A stretch of 32,000 nt of DNA from Pyrodictium abyssi (GCF_036323395.1 NZ_AP028907.1:1260001-1292000); one strand, 5' to 3'; positions 8,345-18,090 are shown, counted from the stretch's first letter. Notes: a model not told the origin generated them from the letters alone. Numbers and translations are program-made.

Positions 8345-9691
8345 CTAGGCCTCTAGCTGCTCGAGTATTCTAGCCCACTCCGCCCACCTGGTGGCGCAGA
8401 GGTTCTCTGCCTCGCCTAGGGGCCGGGGGTGCCTTGTCGGCGCGGGGTCTAGGGCGGTTAGACAGTACATGTCTATGGCCAGCTTCTCCTGCGGCTCCCA
8501 GTCGCCTTCTAGCACGCCGCGGCCGAGGAGCCGCTTGACCGCCTCCCGGTACCTCGGGTGTATGGGCTGGGGCCTCGCCTTTGCGAGAGGGGTTCCGGGG
8601 AGAGGGAGGAAGGTGTGGAGCCGGAGACGAGCCCCCATATCGGCTAGCCTGTACATTATCTCGACCGTCGCCTCTACGTCCTCCTCGGTCTCCCCGGGTA
8701 GGCCGAAGATTATGTCCACCACGGCCTGGAAGCCGTACCGGTGTATCAGCTCGACCGCATCAACGGCGTCCTCCACGGTGTGGCCCCGGCCCACCGCGTC
8801 GAGGAGCCGGTTGCTGCCCGACTGTAGGCCGACGGATATCCTGCGGTTGGCCGCGTAGCGGCGGACCACCTCGAGGACCTCGGGGGTCACGTACTCTGGC
8901 CTAGCCTCGCTCGGGAAGCTGCCGAGGTAGGGCTCGCCGCCCGCCTCGCGGACACCCCGCAGCAGCTCCTCGATGGCGCCGGGGTCTGGCTCGCCGGGGC
9001 CCCGGGCCATGTAGGCGAAGCCTATTGGGGCTACGAAACGTATCCTCTTCCGCCCCGCAGCCACGTACTCCCGCGCCGCCTCCGCGACCCGCCCCGGGGA
9101 CCGGTAGCGTACACGGGCCTTGAAGAGCCAGGGCACCTGGCAGAACTTGCAGCCGTAAGGGCAGCCCCTCATTATCTCGATGGGCGGGTAGAGGCCGTAC
9201 CTGCTGCTGTACGGCCTGTAGTCGTCCAGCTCGACCAGCTCTATCCTGGTCACACGGAACCCGCCGCCCGGCACGCGGTACGCTATGTTGGGCACGTCCT
9301 CGAGCCCGCGCTCGCCGAGGAAGTGCTCCGCCAGCGCCACTACCGCGTTCTCGCCGTCGCCGACGACCGCCGCGTAGACCCCCAGGCGCAGCAGCTGCCA
9401 GTAAGCGCCCTCCGCATGGGGGCCGCCAACCACCACAGGGTAGCGCCGCGAGACCCGGGAAACCTCCCCCATCAGCTCCAGGAAGACCGGCGTAGAAAGC
9501 CCATAGAGCACCACAGGCCGGAGCCCACGCTCCTCCAGCCCACGGGCTAGGGGCAGCGGGTCATCCCCCACAAAGACGAGATCCACGCCGCGGCCGAGGA
9601 GCCCACTATCCTCTAGAGCCGAAGCCAAGTGGGCGAAAGCATTACGGGCACCATACACAACCCGCGCTATGAACACGACCCGCCGCGCCAC
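8345..9691 (-). CDS. B12-binding domain / radical SAM protein
   Basis: ORF 8345..9799, likely GTG start near 9691. N-terminal domain RVVFIARVVYGARNAFAHLASAL...VVGGPHAEG, then EIMRGCPYGCKFCQVPWLFKARVRYRS (CxxxCxxC). Confidence 0.88.
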   Translation of the reverse strand: MARRVVFIARVVYGARNAFAHLASALEDSGLLGRGVDLVFVGDDPLPLARGLEERGLRPVVLYGLSTPVFLELMGEVSRVSRRYPVVVGGPHAEGAYWQLLRLGVYAAVVGDGENAVVALAEHFLGERGLEDVPNIAYRVPGGGFRVTRIELVELDDYRPYSSRYGLYPPIEIMRGCPYGCKFCQVPWLFKARVRYRSPGRVAEAAREYVAAGRKRIRFVAPIGFAYMARGPGEPDPGAIEELLRGVREAGGEPYLGSFPSEARPEYVTPEVLEVVRRYAANRRISVGLQSGSNRLLDAVGRGHTVEDAVDAVELIHRYGFQAVVDIIFGLPGETEEDVEATVEIMYRLADMGARLRLHTFLPLPGTPLAKARPQPIHPRYREAVKRLLGRGVLEGDWEPQEKLAIDMYCLTALDPAPTRHPRPLGEAENLCATRWAEWARILEQLEA

Positions 9692-10046
9692 CACAGCCCC
9701 ACAGCCCCAGCCAAGCCAGCGAAGAGAGCAGTCCCTGCTAAACCCTCTAACTCCACTCTCTGTTCCAACGCATCCAGCTCTTGCCGGGTATGGCATCATA
9801 GACCTTCAAACCCCATCAAGGAGCGTGAAGCCCGAAAACATGAAGATAAATGATATATAGAAGTATATATCAGCAATACAAATTTAAGAACTACGAAGCA
9901 TCCATTGAAAGCCTAATATATCTCCTCTCTTATATAGCCGTATGCTTGACTCAAGCAAGCGACCTAAATCAGCTAGACATGGGTGGTGCCAAGGGGATGA
10001 ACCATGGGAAGAAAGACCATATAATGAGACTAGCAAAATCAAACTC

Positions 10047-11666
10047 ATGTTCGTACTCTTCGCCATAGCAGTAGCAGCCGCGGCAGCATTAGCCTACAAA
10101 GCTCCGGAGTACCTGCGCCAGCCAGTGTATACTGATACACGTCTCCTAGGCGCCGAGGCCGTCTACCTAGAAGACTCCGCCCCTAGGCTAGCCATTCAGC
10201 TGCCCAGCAGCCTAGCAAAAGACGTCTACAAGGTCACAGTGAGCGTCTACGGCTGGTTCCCCGACGGCAGGATAAAGCCCCTCGGCAACTACACGACAAG
10301 AAACGGGGCAGTCACACTAGACGAGACGCGGATAAGAAGCTACATAGCGGCCTGGAGGAGCCACATAGCATCAAAAGGCTCTACACCCGACTACCAGGAG
10401 CCACCGCTGATAATCCTTGCAACAATCATAGTCAAGAACAAGGGCATATACACGGTAGCCAAGACAGTGCCCATAAGGACCGACCTAGTAGCCAAGGGAG
10501 CTATGCCGACAATACGTATCCTAGACAAGCCTGTACTAACAGCCCGCTGGGACGAGCTACCCAGAGAGTTCCGCGACGCAGTACTAGGCAAAAAGCCGCC
10601 CACAACCACCAAGAGCATAGGAGCTGCTGGCACCAGTACAGGTACTCCTACGCCGCCACCAGTGATACCAATAAGCCCAATAGCATACTGGATATTCGAA
10701 GAGCAAGACCCGCACCTCCATGTACACCTGCCAGCAGCCGTAGCCCACGTACACGGCCCAGACACAGATACTGTAAACGATGTAAATCTCATTATGATGT
10801 TCGTTACAGGGTCACAGACCACGACAGAGATCTACTTTACAACTCCTATGGCGTCCTACGATGCAGGACTAGCAAGCATAACAGCATACATCGTAAGCGG
10901 CTACTCTTGGAAGATACAAAGCAGTGAAACGAATACGTGGGCAAAGGTGCATGTACTCTATATTAACAAACCTGGCAGTAGTACTGTATACCGCATTGAA
11001 GGGACAACTGGCGGTGAACTAACTTCCACTGTAGCCATCGATATGAGCAGTGGTGCATACATGGCCGTAGGTATAGTTGGCGATGCGAACTATGCAAAGT
11101 ATCGACTATATATCTGCGACTACTGTATAGGTATTGCCTGCTACTGTAAGCCGGAAGATAAGTATCTTTATGCAACGTATGTACGGCCCAGCACGCCTAT
11201 AAAGGATAAGATAGAAGTATGGTATGAAGCCGATACGTTAGGAGAAGGTTTCGCTAAGAAGGCTATCGATGCAGCATGGATCAATAATAAACCAGAATAC
11301 TTTGGCGGGTTTGACAGTGGCTTCATTATGGATTCAAGCGAGTATGCACAAAAGATTAGCACTTTACCTATATTCTCTCTCACGTTATCAGTGCCGGTGC
11401 CAGCACGTATTGGCGGGTTCCCAGCCGCTCTTGCTGAAGCCTCCGTCGGCATGGCTAGTGCATCATGGAGCTTCAGTCTTGCATCTATGTCCATAGCCCC
11501 TAAGGCCGACTACGCCGATAACGGGTATTGCGAGATATGGCCGACGCTGTTCGAGAGCCGCGCTAGATTCATGTACTATGGTGTTGAGAGCGGCCAGTAT
11601 GTCGGCGACTATCCCTTCGCTGTGCTGTACGGCGACGTATACGCGTGGACGTGGCCTTGCGGCTAA
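10047..11666 (+). CDS. Secreted or membrane-anchored protein of unknown function
   Basis: ORF 9942..11666. The hydrophobic signal MFVLFAIAVAAAAALAYK begins at the ATG at 10047. A Thr/Pro linker TSTGTPTPPPVIP and His-rich DPHLHVHLPAAVAHVHG follow. No family recognised; start uncertain. Confidence 0.7.
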   Translation: MFVLFAIAVAAAAALAYKAPEYLRQPVYTDTRLLGAEAVYLEDSAPRLAIQLPSSLAKDVYKVTVSVYGWFPDGRIKPLGNYTTRNGAVTLDETRIRSYIAAWRSHIASKGSTPDYQEPPLIILATIIVKNKGIYTVAKTVPIRTDLVAKGAMPTIRILDKPVLTARWDELPREFRDAVLGKKPPTTTKSIGAAGTSTGTPTPPPVIPISPIAYWIFEEQDPHLHVHLPAAVAHVHGPDTDTVNDVNLIMMFVTGSQTTTEIYFTTPMASYDAGLASITAYIVSGYSWKIQSSETNTWAKVHVLYINKPGSSTVYRIEGTTGGELTSTVAIDMSSGAYMAVGIVGDANYAKYRLYICDYCIGIACYCKPEDKYLYATYVRPSTPIKDKIEVWYEADTLGEGFAKKAIDAAWINNKPEYFGGFDSGFIMDSSEYAQKISTLPIFSLTLSVPVPARIGGFPAALAEASVGMASASWSFSLASMSIAPKADYADNGYCEIWPTLFESRARFMYYGVESGQYVGDYPFAVLYGDVYAWTWPCG

Positions 11667-12009
11667 CGGAGACGTATCGTGGCTGGCGGCTGCGAATGCG
11701 CATCTTTTCTGCCCCGCCTTTTCTCTCCTTATTATGCCCCTGCTAGCTCTATTGGCTCCGTTCTATTGTCTAGACGTCTGGTCCAAGCGGCTGTACTTGA
11801 GCCCCGTATCTGTGGAAGGCGTGGCCTGCTTCTACCGCGGGGCAGGCAGGGCGCGTGGCCGGAAACTGGAAAGTGGCTTAATGCGTAACTGGTGTAGCGC
11901 GGTCTCCGCTGAGCATGTAGAGCTGGTTGCTCGCCTCCGGGGTAGTGCTGCTCGGTCTTTCTGTTATGTACCCCCGCTTCTAAAGGGGTGTCGACTTGCA
12001 TGCTGCTGT

Positions 12010-12657
12010 CTATCGTGGCTGCGTGGCTATGAACCAGGACAAGCTCGGGGCGGCTCCTGCGTGGTCATGATTTAGTACGTGTAGACGCGTACCCCCCTTT
12101 CTCGCTGCGTATGCCGCTACTTCTGCTCCTATCATTGCTCCTGCTAGTACTGGTGCTATCCTCCTCTTGTCTGGGTAGTGTTTTGCTGCGAGCTCTGCCT
12201 TTGCTAGTAGGGCTCCCACGTCTCCGATCTTTGGCTTGAGCTTGGCCTCTACGACGTAGACAGCCCGGTCGGTGACTAGTAGTAGGTCTATGTTCTCGCC
12301 GTCTAGCCTGGCGTTGCGCTGCCGGTGTAGTATCTTCTCGCCTGTCTCCCGTATCTCTTCCCGGAGGTCCTCCCAGATCATCCTCGCATAGAGGCTCTCT
12401 GTGAGGGCGCCGGGGCTCATCTCCACATTGCTGAGCCGCTTGTTTATCTCGTCGAGTTTCCCGTCGTGCTCGGAGAGCTTCTCCTCTATGGCCTCGAAGC
12501 GCTTGTCGTGCTCCAGGCTCTTGCGGCGGAGCCAGCGAAGCTCCTCGAGGATCTCCCGGAGGCCGACAAGCCCAGCCACGGCCGGCCGGAACTCCTCATC
12601 CTCCTCTAGGAGCCGTAGCAGCCGCTGCTTCAACTCCTCGTCGCTGAGGCTAGCCAT
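12010..12657 (-). CDS. Coiled-coil protein with PD-(D/E)XK nuclease-like C-terminal domain (DUF3782-like)
   Basis: Likely start MASLSDEELKQRLLRLLEEDEEFRP at 12657. RRKSLEHDKRFEAIEEKLSEHDGKLDEINKRLSNVE coil, then NIDLLLVTDRAVYVVEAKLKPKIGDVGALLAKAELAAKHYP (D...EAK nuclease-like core). TATA-like tatata at about 12700 upstream. Confidence 0.72.
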   Translation of the reverse strand: MASLSDEELKQRLLRLLEEDEEFRPAVAGLVGLREILEELRWLRRKSLEHDKRFEAIEEKLSEHDGKLDEINKRLSNVEMSPGALTESLYARMIWEDLREEIRETGEKILHRQRNARLDGENIDLLLVTDRAVYVVEAKLKPKIGDVGALLAKAELAAKHYPDKRRIAPVLAGAMIGAEVAAYAARKGGTRLHVLNHDHAGAAPSLSWFIATQPR

Positions 12658-12893
12658 CCCGCAGCCGCCCTCCCAGAGGGATTGCTTGTGCAGTGGACGT
12701 ATATAGTGATGGGCTCTACGGGTTCTCCGGGAGCCTTGTAGAAGAGGGCGTAACGGCGGGCAGCCGGGCCGTCGCGTTCTACGAGCATCCGCTGGGACCA
12801 TGTTGCATCCCTGCTGGCTCCTGCTGCCAGGCCCGGGCCTTCCGCTGGGGGTCCTAGTGGGCCTGGTCTCGGCGGGTTTGTGCCCGCTGCGTG

Positions 12894-13342
12894 TCACGGG
12901 AGTACTCTGAGCCATGGCACCCGCCTGAAGTCCTCGTCGAAGGTGAGGATGGTATCGATACCATAGTGCCTGCATGTCAGAGCTATAATGGTGTCTGCAG
13001 GGAGTAGGTTGAGCCTTTTAATGGCCTCTATGACCTCCTGGAGCTGGGCCTTGTCCTCTAGGACGGTTATGCCCGCTTCTTTTACGAAGTCGCGGAGTTT
13101 GCCCATCTCCTCTTTAAACGGCTTGTAGCCGTACGCCCTTATGTAGTCTCGCAGGTCCTCTATGCGTCTTATCCCTAGGTCTCTCCATGCCTTCATCCTC
13201 ACGAGTGTGAAGAGAGCCTCGTCGAGCACTCGTAGGCTTGTGTAGAGATCATCCCCTGCTGAGACCGCGTCCCCACTATCCTGGAGTAGGGCTTGACGTC
13301 GTGCAGATAGTAGACTATGGCGTTGGTGTCTAGGAAGAGCAT
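12894..13342 (-). pseudogene. PIN-domain toxin, frame-shifted near the C4 run 13271..13274
   Basis: The true start frame reads MLFLDTNAIVYYLHDVKPYSRIVG. The continuation GDAVSAGDDLYTSLRVLDEALFTLVRMKAW...LLPADTIIALTCRHYGIDTILTFDEDFRRV is in another frame (listed ORF 12894..13409). The total of 449 nt is 3n+2. Confidence 0.75.
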
Positions 13343-13546
13343 TACTGCTCCTCAGCATCGAGCATGAACTGGTCGAGGAGCTCTTTCGGGGCTGGTCCGA
13401 GGACCCCACGGTACTATTCGGAGGATACGCCTCTTCTCCTCAGCACTGACTATCTTCACTAGCAGCTCCTCGCCCTCCCGGAACTCCACGCTGTCAAGAG
13501 GCCTTAGTACTCCTTTCTCGTACTTGACACGGATGATCCTAGACAA
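13342..13546 (-). pseudogene. DUF104 (AF2212-like) antitoxin, frame-shifted at 13414..13417
   Basis: IIRVKYEKGVLRPLDSVEFREGEELLVKIVS is the DUF104 motif. A single-base removal restores the C-terminus YRGVLGPAPKELLDQFMLDAEEQ*, whose TAA overlaps the ATG of the PIN gene (TAATG). Confidence 0.72.
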
Positions 13547-13739
13547 TGCCTCGGCCCTCCCGTACCCGGGTCTAGCACCGGCTAGGAGCAATTAGCCTTG
13601 CCCCCTTCAGGGGCTGGGTGTGTCTCGGACACATCTGGCTGCCAGCTCCGGGCGCTGGAGGAGCCGGTGGCTGCTGTCACGTACTCGGCGCTAGGAGCAT
13701 CGAGGAAATGGGGTCCGCAGCCAGCTAGTCTGGCTGGGG

Positions 13740-15317
13740 CTATGCTTTGAGGCTTGCTAGTGCCGCGCGGTATGAGTCTCTTAGTGCTGCTGGTGGGTAG
13801 CCTGGCCGGACTAGGTGCTCCCAGGGCCGCTCCTCTGGCGGGCCGTGGGCGTAGCTGTCGGGGTTTACTCCTAGCCTCCGGGCGGCTGTCCATAGCTGGC
13901 CTAGCCGGCCGCCGAGCCGGGCCCACTCGGCGACTAGCTCGGCTACTCTCCCGTCGCCGCGCGCGATCACTGCCTGGGCGTAGGCGTAGCGGTAGCTCAG
14001 CGCGTCTATGCTGAGCACCTTGCTCTGGGCCCGCCGGAGCACGCGGACCCGGCGCTCGTAGGTCTTTCGGTCCACTAGGGGGAGGTACTGGAAGGGCGTC
14101 CAGGGCTTCGGTACGAGGGGGTTCACTGTGACCCGTATCGCGTCGCGGGCTGGGGGCGCGCGGCGGCTGAGCCTGCGTAGCTGCTCCACGTAGTCCTCTA
14201 TGTCGCGGTCTGTCTCGCCGGGGAGTCCGAGCATGAGGTACAGCTTTATGTGCATCCTCCGGCGCCACGCCCACCCGGCTATCTCCTCGACAACGTCAAT
14301 CATTATGCACTTGCCCGTGGCGCGGCATAGCCGGGGGCTCAGGGTCTCCGGGGCCACCGTGACCACGCGCTGGCCCGCCGCGTGGAGCAGCTCTACCCGG
14401 TCCTCGTCTAGGAGGTCGGCGCGGAGACTGCCTATCGTCGCCTCTAGGCCCTCGCCCACAACCCACTCCAGCAGCTCGTCGGCGGAGGGATGGTCGAAGA
14501 AGCTGAGCGCGTAGAAGGCGACCCTCCTCACCCCGTTGGCCTCCACGCCCTGCTCTATCAGCTGCTTTAGCCGCCCGAGGCTCCGGTGCCGGGTCGGGAG
14601 GAGGAAGTGGGCCTCCATGCAGAACCTGCACATGTGGGGGCAGCCGCGGCTAGCCTCCACCATGTAGGCTTCTCCCCAGGGCTCGCCGCTGCCGGGCACC
14701 CGGAACTGAAGCGTAGAGTGGAACGCCTCGTCAAGGCTCCAGGCGACGGCCTTCCCGACGGGCTCGCTGCAGCCCGGTGCCAGGAAGCCACGGCGGCAGG
14801 CGAGCCCGTGGACCGCCTCCCGGCCGCCGGTGTAGAGCTGCTCTGCTAGCCTTGGCACGGTCTCCTCCGCTTCGCCGACGAGCACGAGGTCGGCCAGCTC
14901 CAGGGCTACGGCGGGGTTCATGCTGGGGACAGGGCCTCCGACGACGACGAGGGGGTGGTCCCCCGGCTGTCTCGCGCGGCGTAGCGCTGGCACTCCAGCC
15001 GCCTCTAGCATGCGGGCCATAGTCACGTAGTCTAGCTCGTAGCTGACGGGAACAAGCACGAGGTCGAACCTGTCGAGGGGCGTACCGGTCTCTAGGCTCC
15101 GTGGGGGCGGCTCCTCGCCCGCCATGCTGGTTGCTACGAGCCGCTCTGCCTGGACGTAGTCGATGCTGTTGAGCATGTAGTAGAGGTTCTGGTAGGCTAG
15201 GCTAGCCACAGCCGCGCTGTACACCGCTGGGTACAGCAGCGCCACGCGTAGGCAGCTGCGGCACCGCTTAGCCACGACCCCGTGCTCCCGGAGCCCCTGC
15301 AGAGTTCTCGGAGGCAT
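13740..15317 (-). CDS. Archaeal radical SAM protein
   Basis: 525 aa: VVVGGPVPSMNPAVALELADLVLVGEAEE (B12-like N-domain) and EASRGCPHMCRFCMEAHFLLPTRHRS (CxxxCxxC), LMLGLPGETDRDIEDYVEQL. TATA-like ctatatatc at about 15390 upstream. Confidence 0.88.
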   Translation of the reverse strand: MPPRTLQGLREHGVVAKRCRSCLRVALLYPAVYSAAVASLAYQNLYYMLNSIDYVQAERLVATSMAGEEPPPRSLETGTPLDRFDLVLVPVSYELDYVTMARMLEAAGVPALRRARQPGDHPLVVVGGPVPSMNPAVALELADLVLVGEAEETVPRLAEQLYTGGREAVHGLACRRGFLAPGCSEPVGKAVAWSLDEAFHSTLQFRVPGSGEPWGEAYMVEASRGCPHMCRFCMEAHFLLPTRHRSLGRLKQLIEQGVEANGVRRVAFYALSFFDHPSADELLEWVVGEGLEATIGSLRADLLDEDRVELLHAAGQRVVTVAPETLSPRLCRATGKCIMIDVVEEIAGWAWRRRMHIKLYLMLGLPGETDRDIEDYVEQLRRLSRRAPPARDAIRVTVNPLVPKPWTPFQYLPLVDRKTYERRVRVLRRAQSKVLSIDALSYRYAYAQAVIARGDGRVAELVAEWARLGGRLGQLWTAARRLGVNPDSYAHGPPEERPWEHLVRPGYPPAALRDSYRAALASLKA

Positions 15318-15471
15318 GACTGCTAGACCCTGCCCTGCCGCTCCTCTAGGACCGCCCGCTGCACGGTCACGATGCCGCCGCCTGGGCCACTATATATCCC
15401 GCCCGGAGGGCCCGCAATGAGCCATGCTTCCGCCTAACTGCTATCGAGCGCCCGCTGCGCACCGCCTGCCT

Positions 15472-16479
15472 CTACACCCGGGCCCGGGGCCCTGCTACCG
15501 GGCATAGAGGGTCGGGCGACGGTAGCTGGCCCCAGTGGAGCTGGGCCCGGGCGTAGCAGGCTCCACGGCAGCTGGCCGCTACAGGACAACCCATGCACTG
15601 TCTCGGCGTGGTGTTGATGACCCGGTTTAGTGGGTGCTTCTGTAGCTTCTCCCAGGCGCCCCGTAGGCCGTCCCGCTTCACGTCGGCGACCACGACTCCT
15701 AGCACGTCGCAGAACACTACCTTGCCGCTCGGGGTTATGTCTATGACGTTCCAGTCCCGGCAGTTGCTGCTGATTAGATGCCTTGCCCAGGGCAGGGCCC
15801 TGGTGAACGGGGCGCACCAAACTGCTACGGTTATGCCTAGCTGGCTGGCCGCTTCCTCGGCCTGCCGGAGCGCCTCTAGGAACTCGTGGCTAGAGACACT
15901 CGTCCCTGTCCCCGGGGCTCTCCCGGCCGGCATGGCTGGTATCATGGAGATGCTGGAGGCGCCTAGCTCTACTGCCGTCTTTATCGCCTCGGCAACGCGG
16001 CTGTAGTTGAGCCGGGAGACGGGAATGTTCACGTGGAAGCCTAACCCGTGGCGGCGGACGGCTTCGAGGCCCTTTAGGAACCGGGCCCAGGAGCCGGGGC
16101 CCTTGGCTTTCTCGTAGACGTCGCGGGGCCCGTCGAGGCTGGTGTACAGGAAGGTCTCTAGCCGGGCTAGCCTAGCAGCGGTATCCTCCGTCATGAGGGT
16201 CATGTTGGTGAAGATGCTCGTCTCTATGCCGTGGCTCCTGGCCGCCTCTATCAGCTCGAATATGTCCCGGCGGAGCAGGGGCTCGCCGCCGGTGAAGTTG
16301 ACGTGTTCTACTCCCAGCTCTGCTGCCTCGTCTATGATTCTGAGGCCCTCGCGTGTGGAGAGCGGCTTCTCAGCCTGGTAGCGTGCTGCGTAGCAGTATG
16401 GGCAGCGTAGGTTGCACGCCCCCGTGACTATCCATATGAGCCACTCCGGCCCCTCAGACGTCATAGCATCGCCCACCAT
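15472..16479 (-). CDS. Radical SAM protein with C-terminal SPASM-like Cys cluster
   Basis: ORF 15472..16683, likely start MVGDAMTSEGPEWLIWIVTGACNLRCPYCYAARYQAEKPLSTREGL at 16479. FTGGEPLLRRDIFELIEAAR, then NCRDWNVIDITPSGKVVFCDVLG and RQCMGCPVAASCRGACYARAQ. Confidence 0.88.
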   Translation of the reverse strand: MVGDAMTSEGPEWLIWIVTGACNLRCPYCYAARYQAEKPLSTREGLRIIDEAAELGVEHVNFTGGEPLLRRDIFELIEAARSHGIETSIFTNMTLMTEDTAARLARLETFLYTSLDGPRDVYEKAKGPGSWARFLKGLEAVRRHGLGFHVNIPVSRLNYSRVAEAIKTAVELGASSISMIPAMPAGRAPGTGTSVSSHEFLEALRQAEEAASQLGITVAVWCAPFTRALPWARHLISSNCRDWNVIDITPSGKVVFCDVLGVVVADVKRDGLRGAWEKLQKHPLNRVINTTPRQCMGCPVAASCRGACYARAQLHWGQLPSPDPLCPVAGPRARV

Positions 16480-16691
16480 GTTGTGTGCGTGCCTCCTATG
16501 GGCCGCTGGAGCACCTCTCTGGGGCGGCCCGCTGCAGCGCCTAGGCCGCGGCCCGGCAGGCCCGCCGAGGACGGCAGGGACACACCGTGTCATTATAGTG
16601 CTCCTTGGCCCCTCGGGGCTGCCCCAGGGCAGTCCGTAGCGCGGGCTCCCCTCATAGGGCTTGCCCGGCGGGTCCGCGGCCATGGCTGGGG

Positions 16692-17972
16692 CTAGATGAC
16701 TAGCTTCTCGTCTTCTATCTGGCGGCTCCGGGTGCCGAGGATACTGGCGTTTATCTCCTCGCCGCCATAGAGCGTGGCCTTCTTCCTGCCGAGGGCGAGG
16801 GCTGCTGCTATCCTGCCCACCGCGTCTGCCTTCATTATCCCGCTGCCGCTTGTCCCCGCTGCGACGACTAGGCCGGGCTCGCTGAAGACCACTGGCTGCC
16901 CGTCTATCGACTCGTCGTAAAAGCCTGCCCAGGCCGCTGCTGGCCTGGCGCCCTCGAAGGCTGGCAGGTAGCTGCGTAGGACGGGGTAGACCCCGTAGGT
17001 GTAGAACGGCTCCTCGGGCTGGGGGTCAGGCTCCCAGCGGAATGGCCGGCCTAGGTGGTCGGAGGTGCCTACCCAGAACGCGTTGTCCTCGGGGGCCGGG
17101 CGGACGTAGACACCCTTGGGTAGGAGTATGAAGGGCGCTATGCCGTGCTTGTTGAATCCCTCCGCGTGTAGGAGCCTCTGGAGCCCCGGGCTGCTGGCAC
17201 GGACTACGAATACCTGCCTCTTCTTCGGCTTAGCGTGCACGTCTACGCCTATCGGGTCGAGGAGCGCTGGGGACTCGGCGCCAGCTGCCACTACTGTCAC
17301 ATCTGCACGTATCTCGCCCTGGCTCGTTAGAGCGCCAGCTACCCGGGCCCGCTGCCAGGGGAGGGGCTCGTAGGAGAGGCCTAGAGGCTCCTCGGGCTCC
17401 ACTATGAGCCTCTCGACCCTAGTGCCGTACATGGTTTTGACGCCCATCTCGGTTATCCTGGAGCTGTAGTACTCGACGAGCCTCTCTGGACGCATTATCC
17501 CAGCGTTCTCGGCGAGGACTCCGACCTCTACGTCGGGGAGCTCCATGAGTTCTGCCTCTTCGTCGCCGCGGAGGCGTGTCCGTAGCCCGAGGCCCTCCTC
17601 TAGCTCCTCAGGGCTGTAGACGCGGTAGCCTAGGCCGCGGCGCCGTAGCTCCTGGAGCACCGGCTCTACGGCCCGGTACTGGTCCCTGCTGAGCAGGAAG
17701 AGGTAGCCGATGAACCTCATTCCTAGGTCGAATCCCTCTTTCTCCTGTATGCTCCGGTAGAACGCTATACTTGTGGCAGCTAGCGCCATGTTCGTGCGCG
17801 AGTAGAAGAACGCGCGGAACGAGGCAGCGCTCCTCCCCGTGTCGCCGTGGCCGGGGCCGGGGTGCTTGTCCACCAAGGCTACGCTGCAGCTGGGGCACTG
17901 CTGCTTGACGTGGAAGGCTGTGGCAAGCCCTACTATCCCGGCTCCTATCACCAGCACGTCTACCCTGGCCAT
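16692..17972 (-). CDS. FAD-dependent oxidoreductase (DAO / sarcosine oxidase-like)
   Basis: Likely start MARVDVLVIGAGIVGLATAFHVKQQCPSCSVALVDKHPGPGHGDTGRSAASFRAFF (Rossmann GxGxxG). C-terminal SGTSGSGIMKADAVGRIAAALALG. Confidence 0.88.
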   Translation of the reverse strand: MARVDVLVIGAGIVGLATAFHVKQQCPSCSVALVDKHPGPGHGDTGRSAASFRAFFYSRTNMALAATSIAFYRSIQEKEGFDLGMRFIGYLFLLSRDQYRAVEPVLQELRRRGLGYRVYSPEELEEGLGLRTRLRGDEEAELMELPDVEVGVLAENAGIMRPERLVEYYSSRITEMGVKTMYGTRVERLIVEPEEPLGLSYEPLPWQRARVAGALTSQGEIRADVTVVAAGAESPALLDPIGVDVHAKPKKRQVFVVRASSPGLQRLLHAEGFNKHGIAPFILLPKGVYVRPAPEDNAFWVGTSDHLGRPFRWEPDPQPEEPFYTYGVYPVLRSYLPAFEGARPAAAWAGFYDESIDGQPVVFSEPGLVVAAGTSGSGIMKADAVGRIAAALALGRKKATLYGGEEINASILGTRSRQIEDEKLVI

Positions 17973-18090
17973 GGCTTTGCCTCCCGTAGCCGCGGGGTGC
18001 AGTGTCCGGAGAGACTCCGGGTACCGTGGGCCCATCAGGCTCGGGGGGCGACGCTACTACGCGTGGTCTAGCCGTGGGCCAGCTATAAAT

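Noticed and set aside
11578-12075. 165-aa ORF spanning the end of the secreted protein gene and the intergenic region
   Set aside because: Overlaps the confident ORF end, with low-complexity Arg/Cys/Leu composition and no recognised motif.
13582-14274. 230-aa minus-strand ORF rich in Pro/Arg/Ala
   Set aside because: Overlaps the C-terminal coding part of the radical SAM gene 13740..15317 in another frame. Its composition is typical of shadow ORFs in GC-rich DNA.
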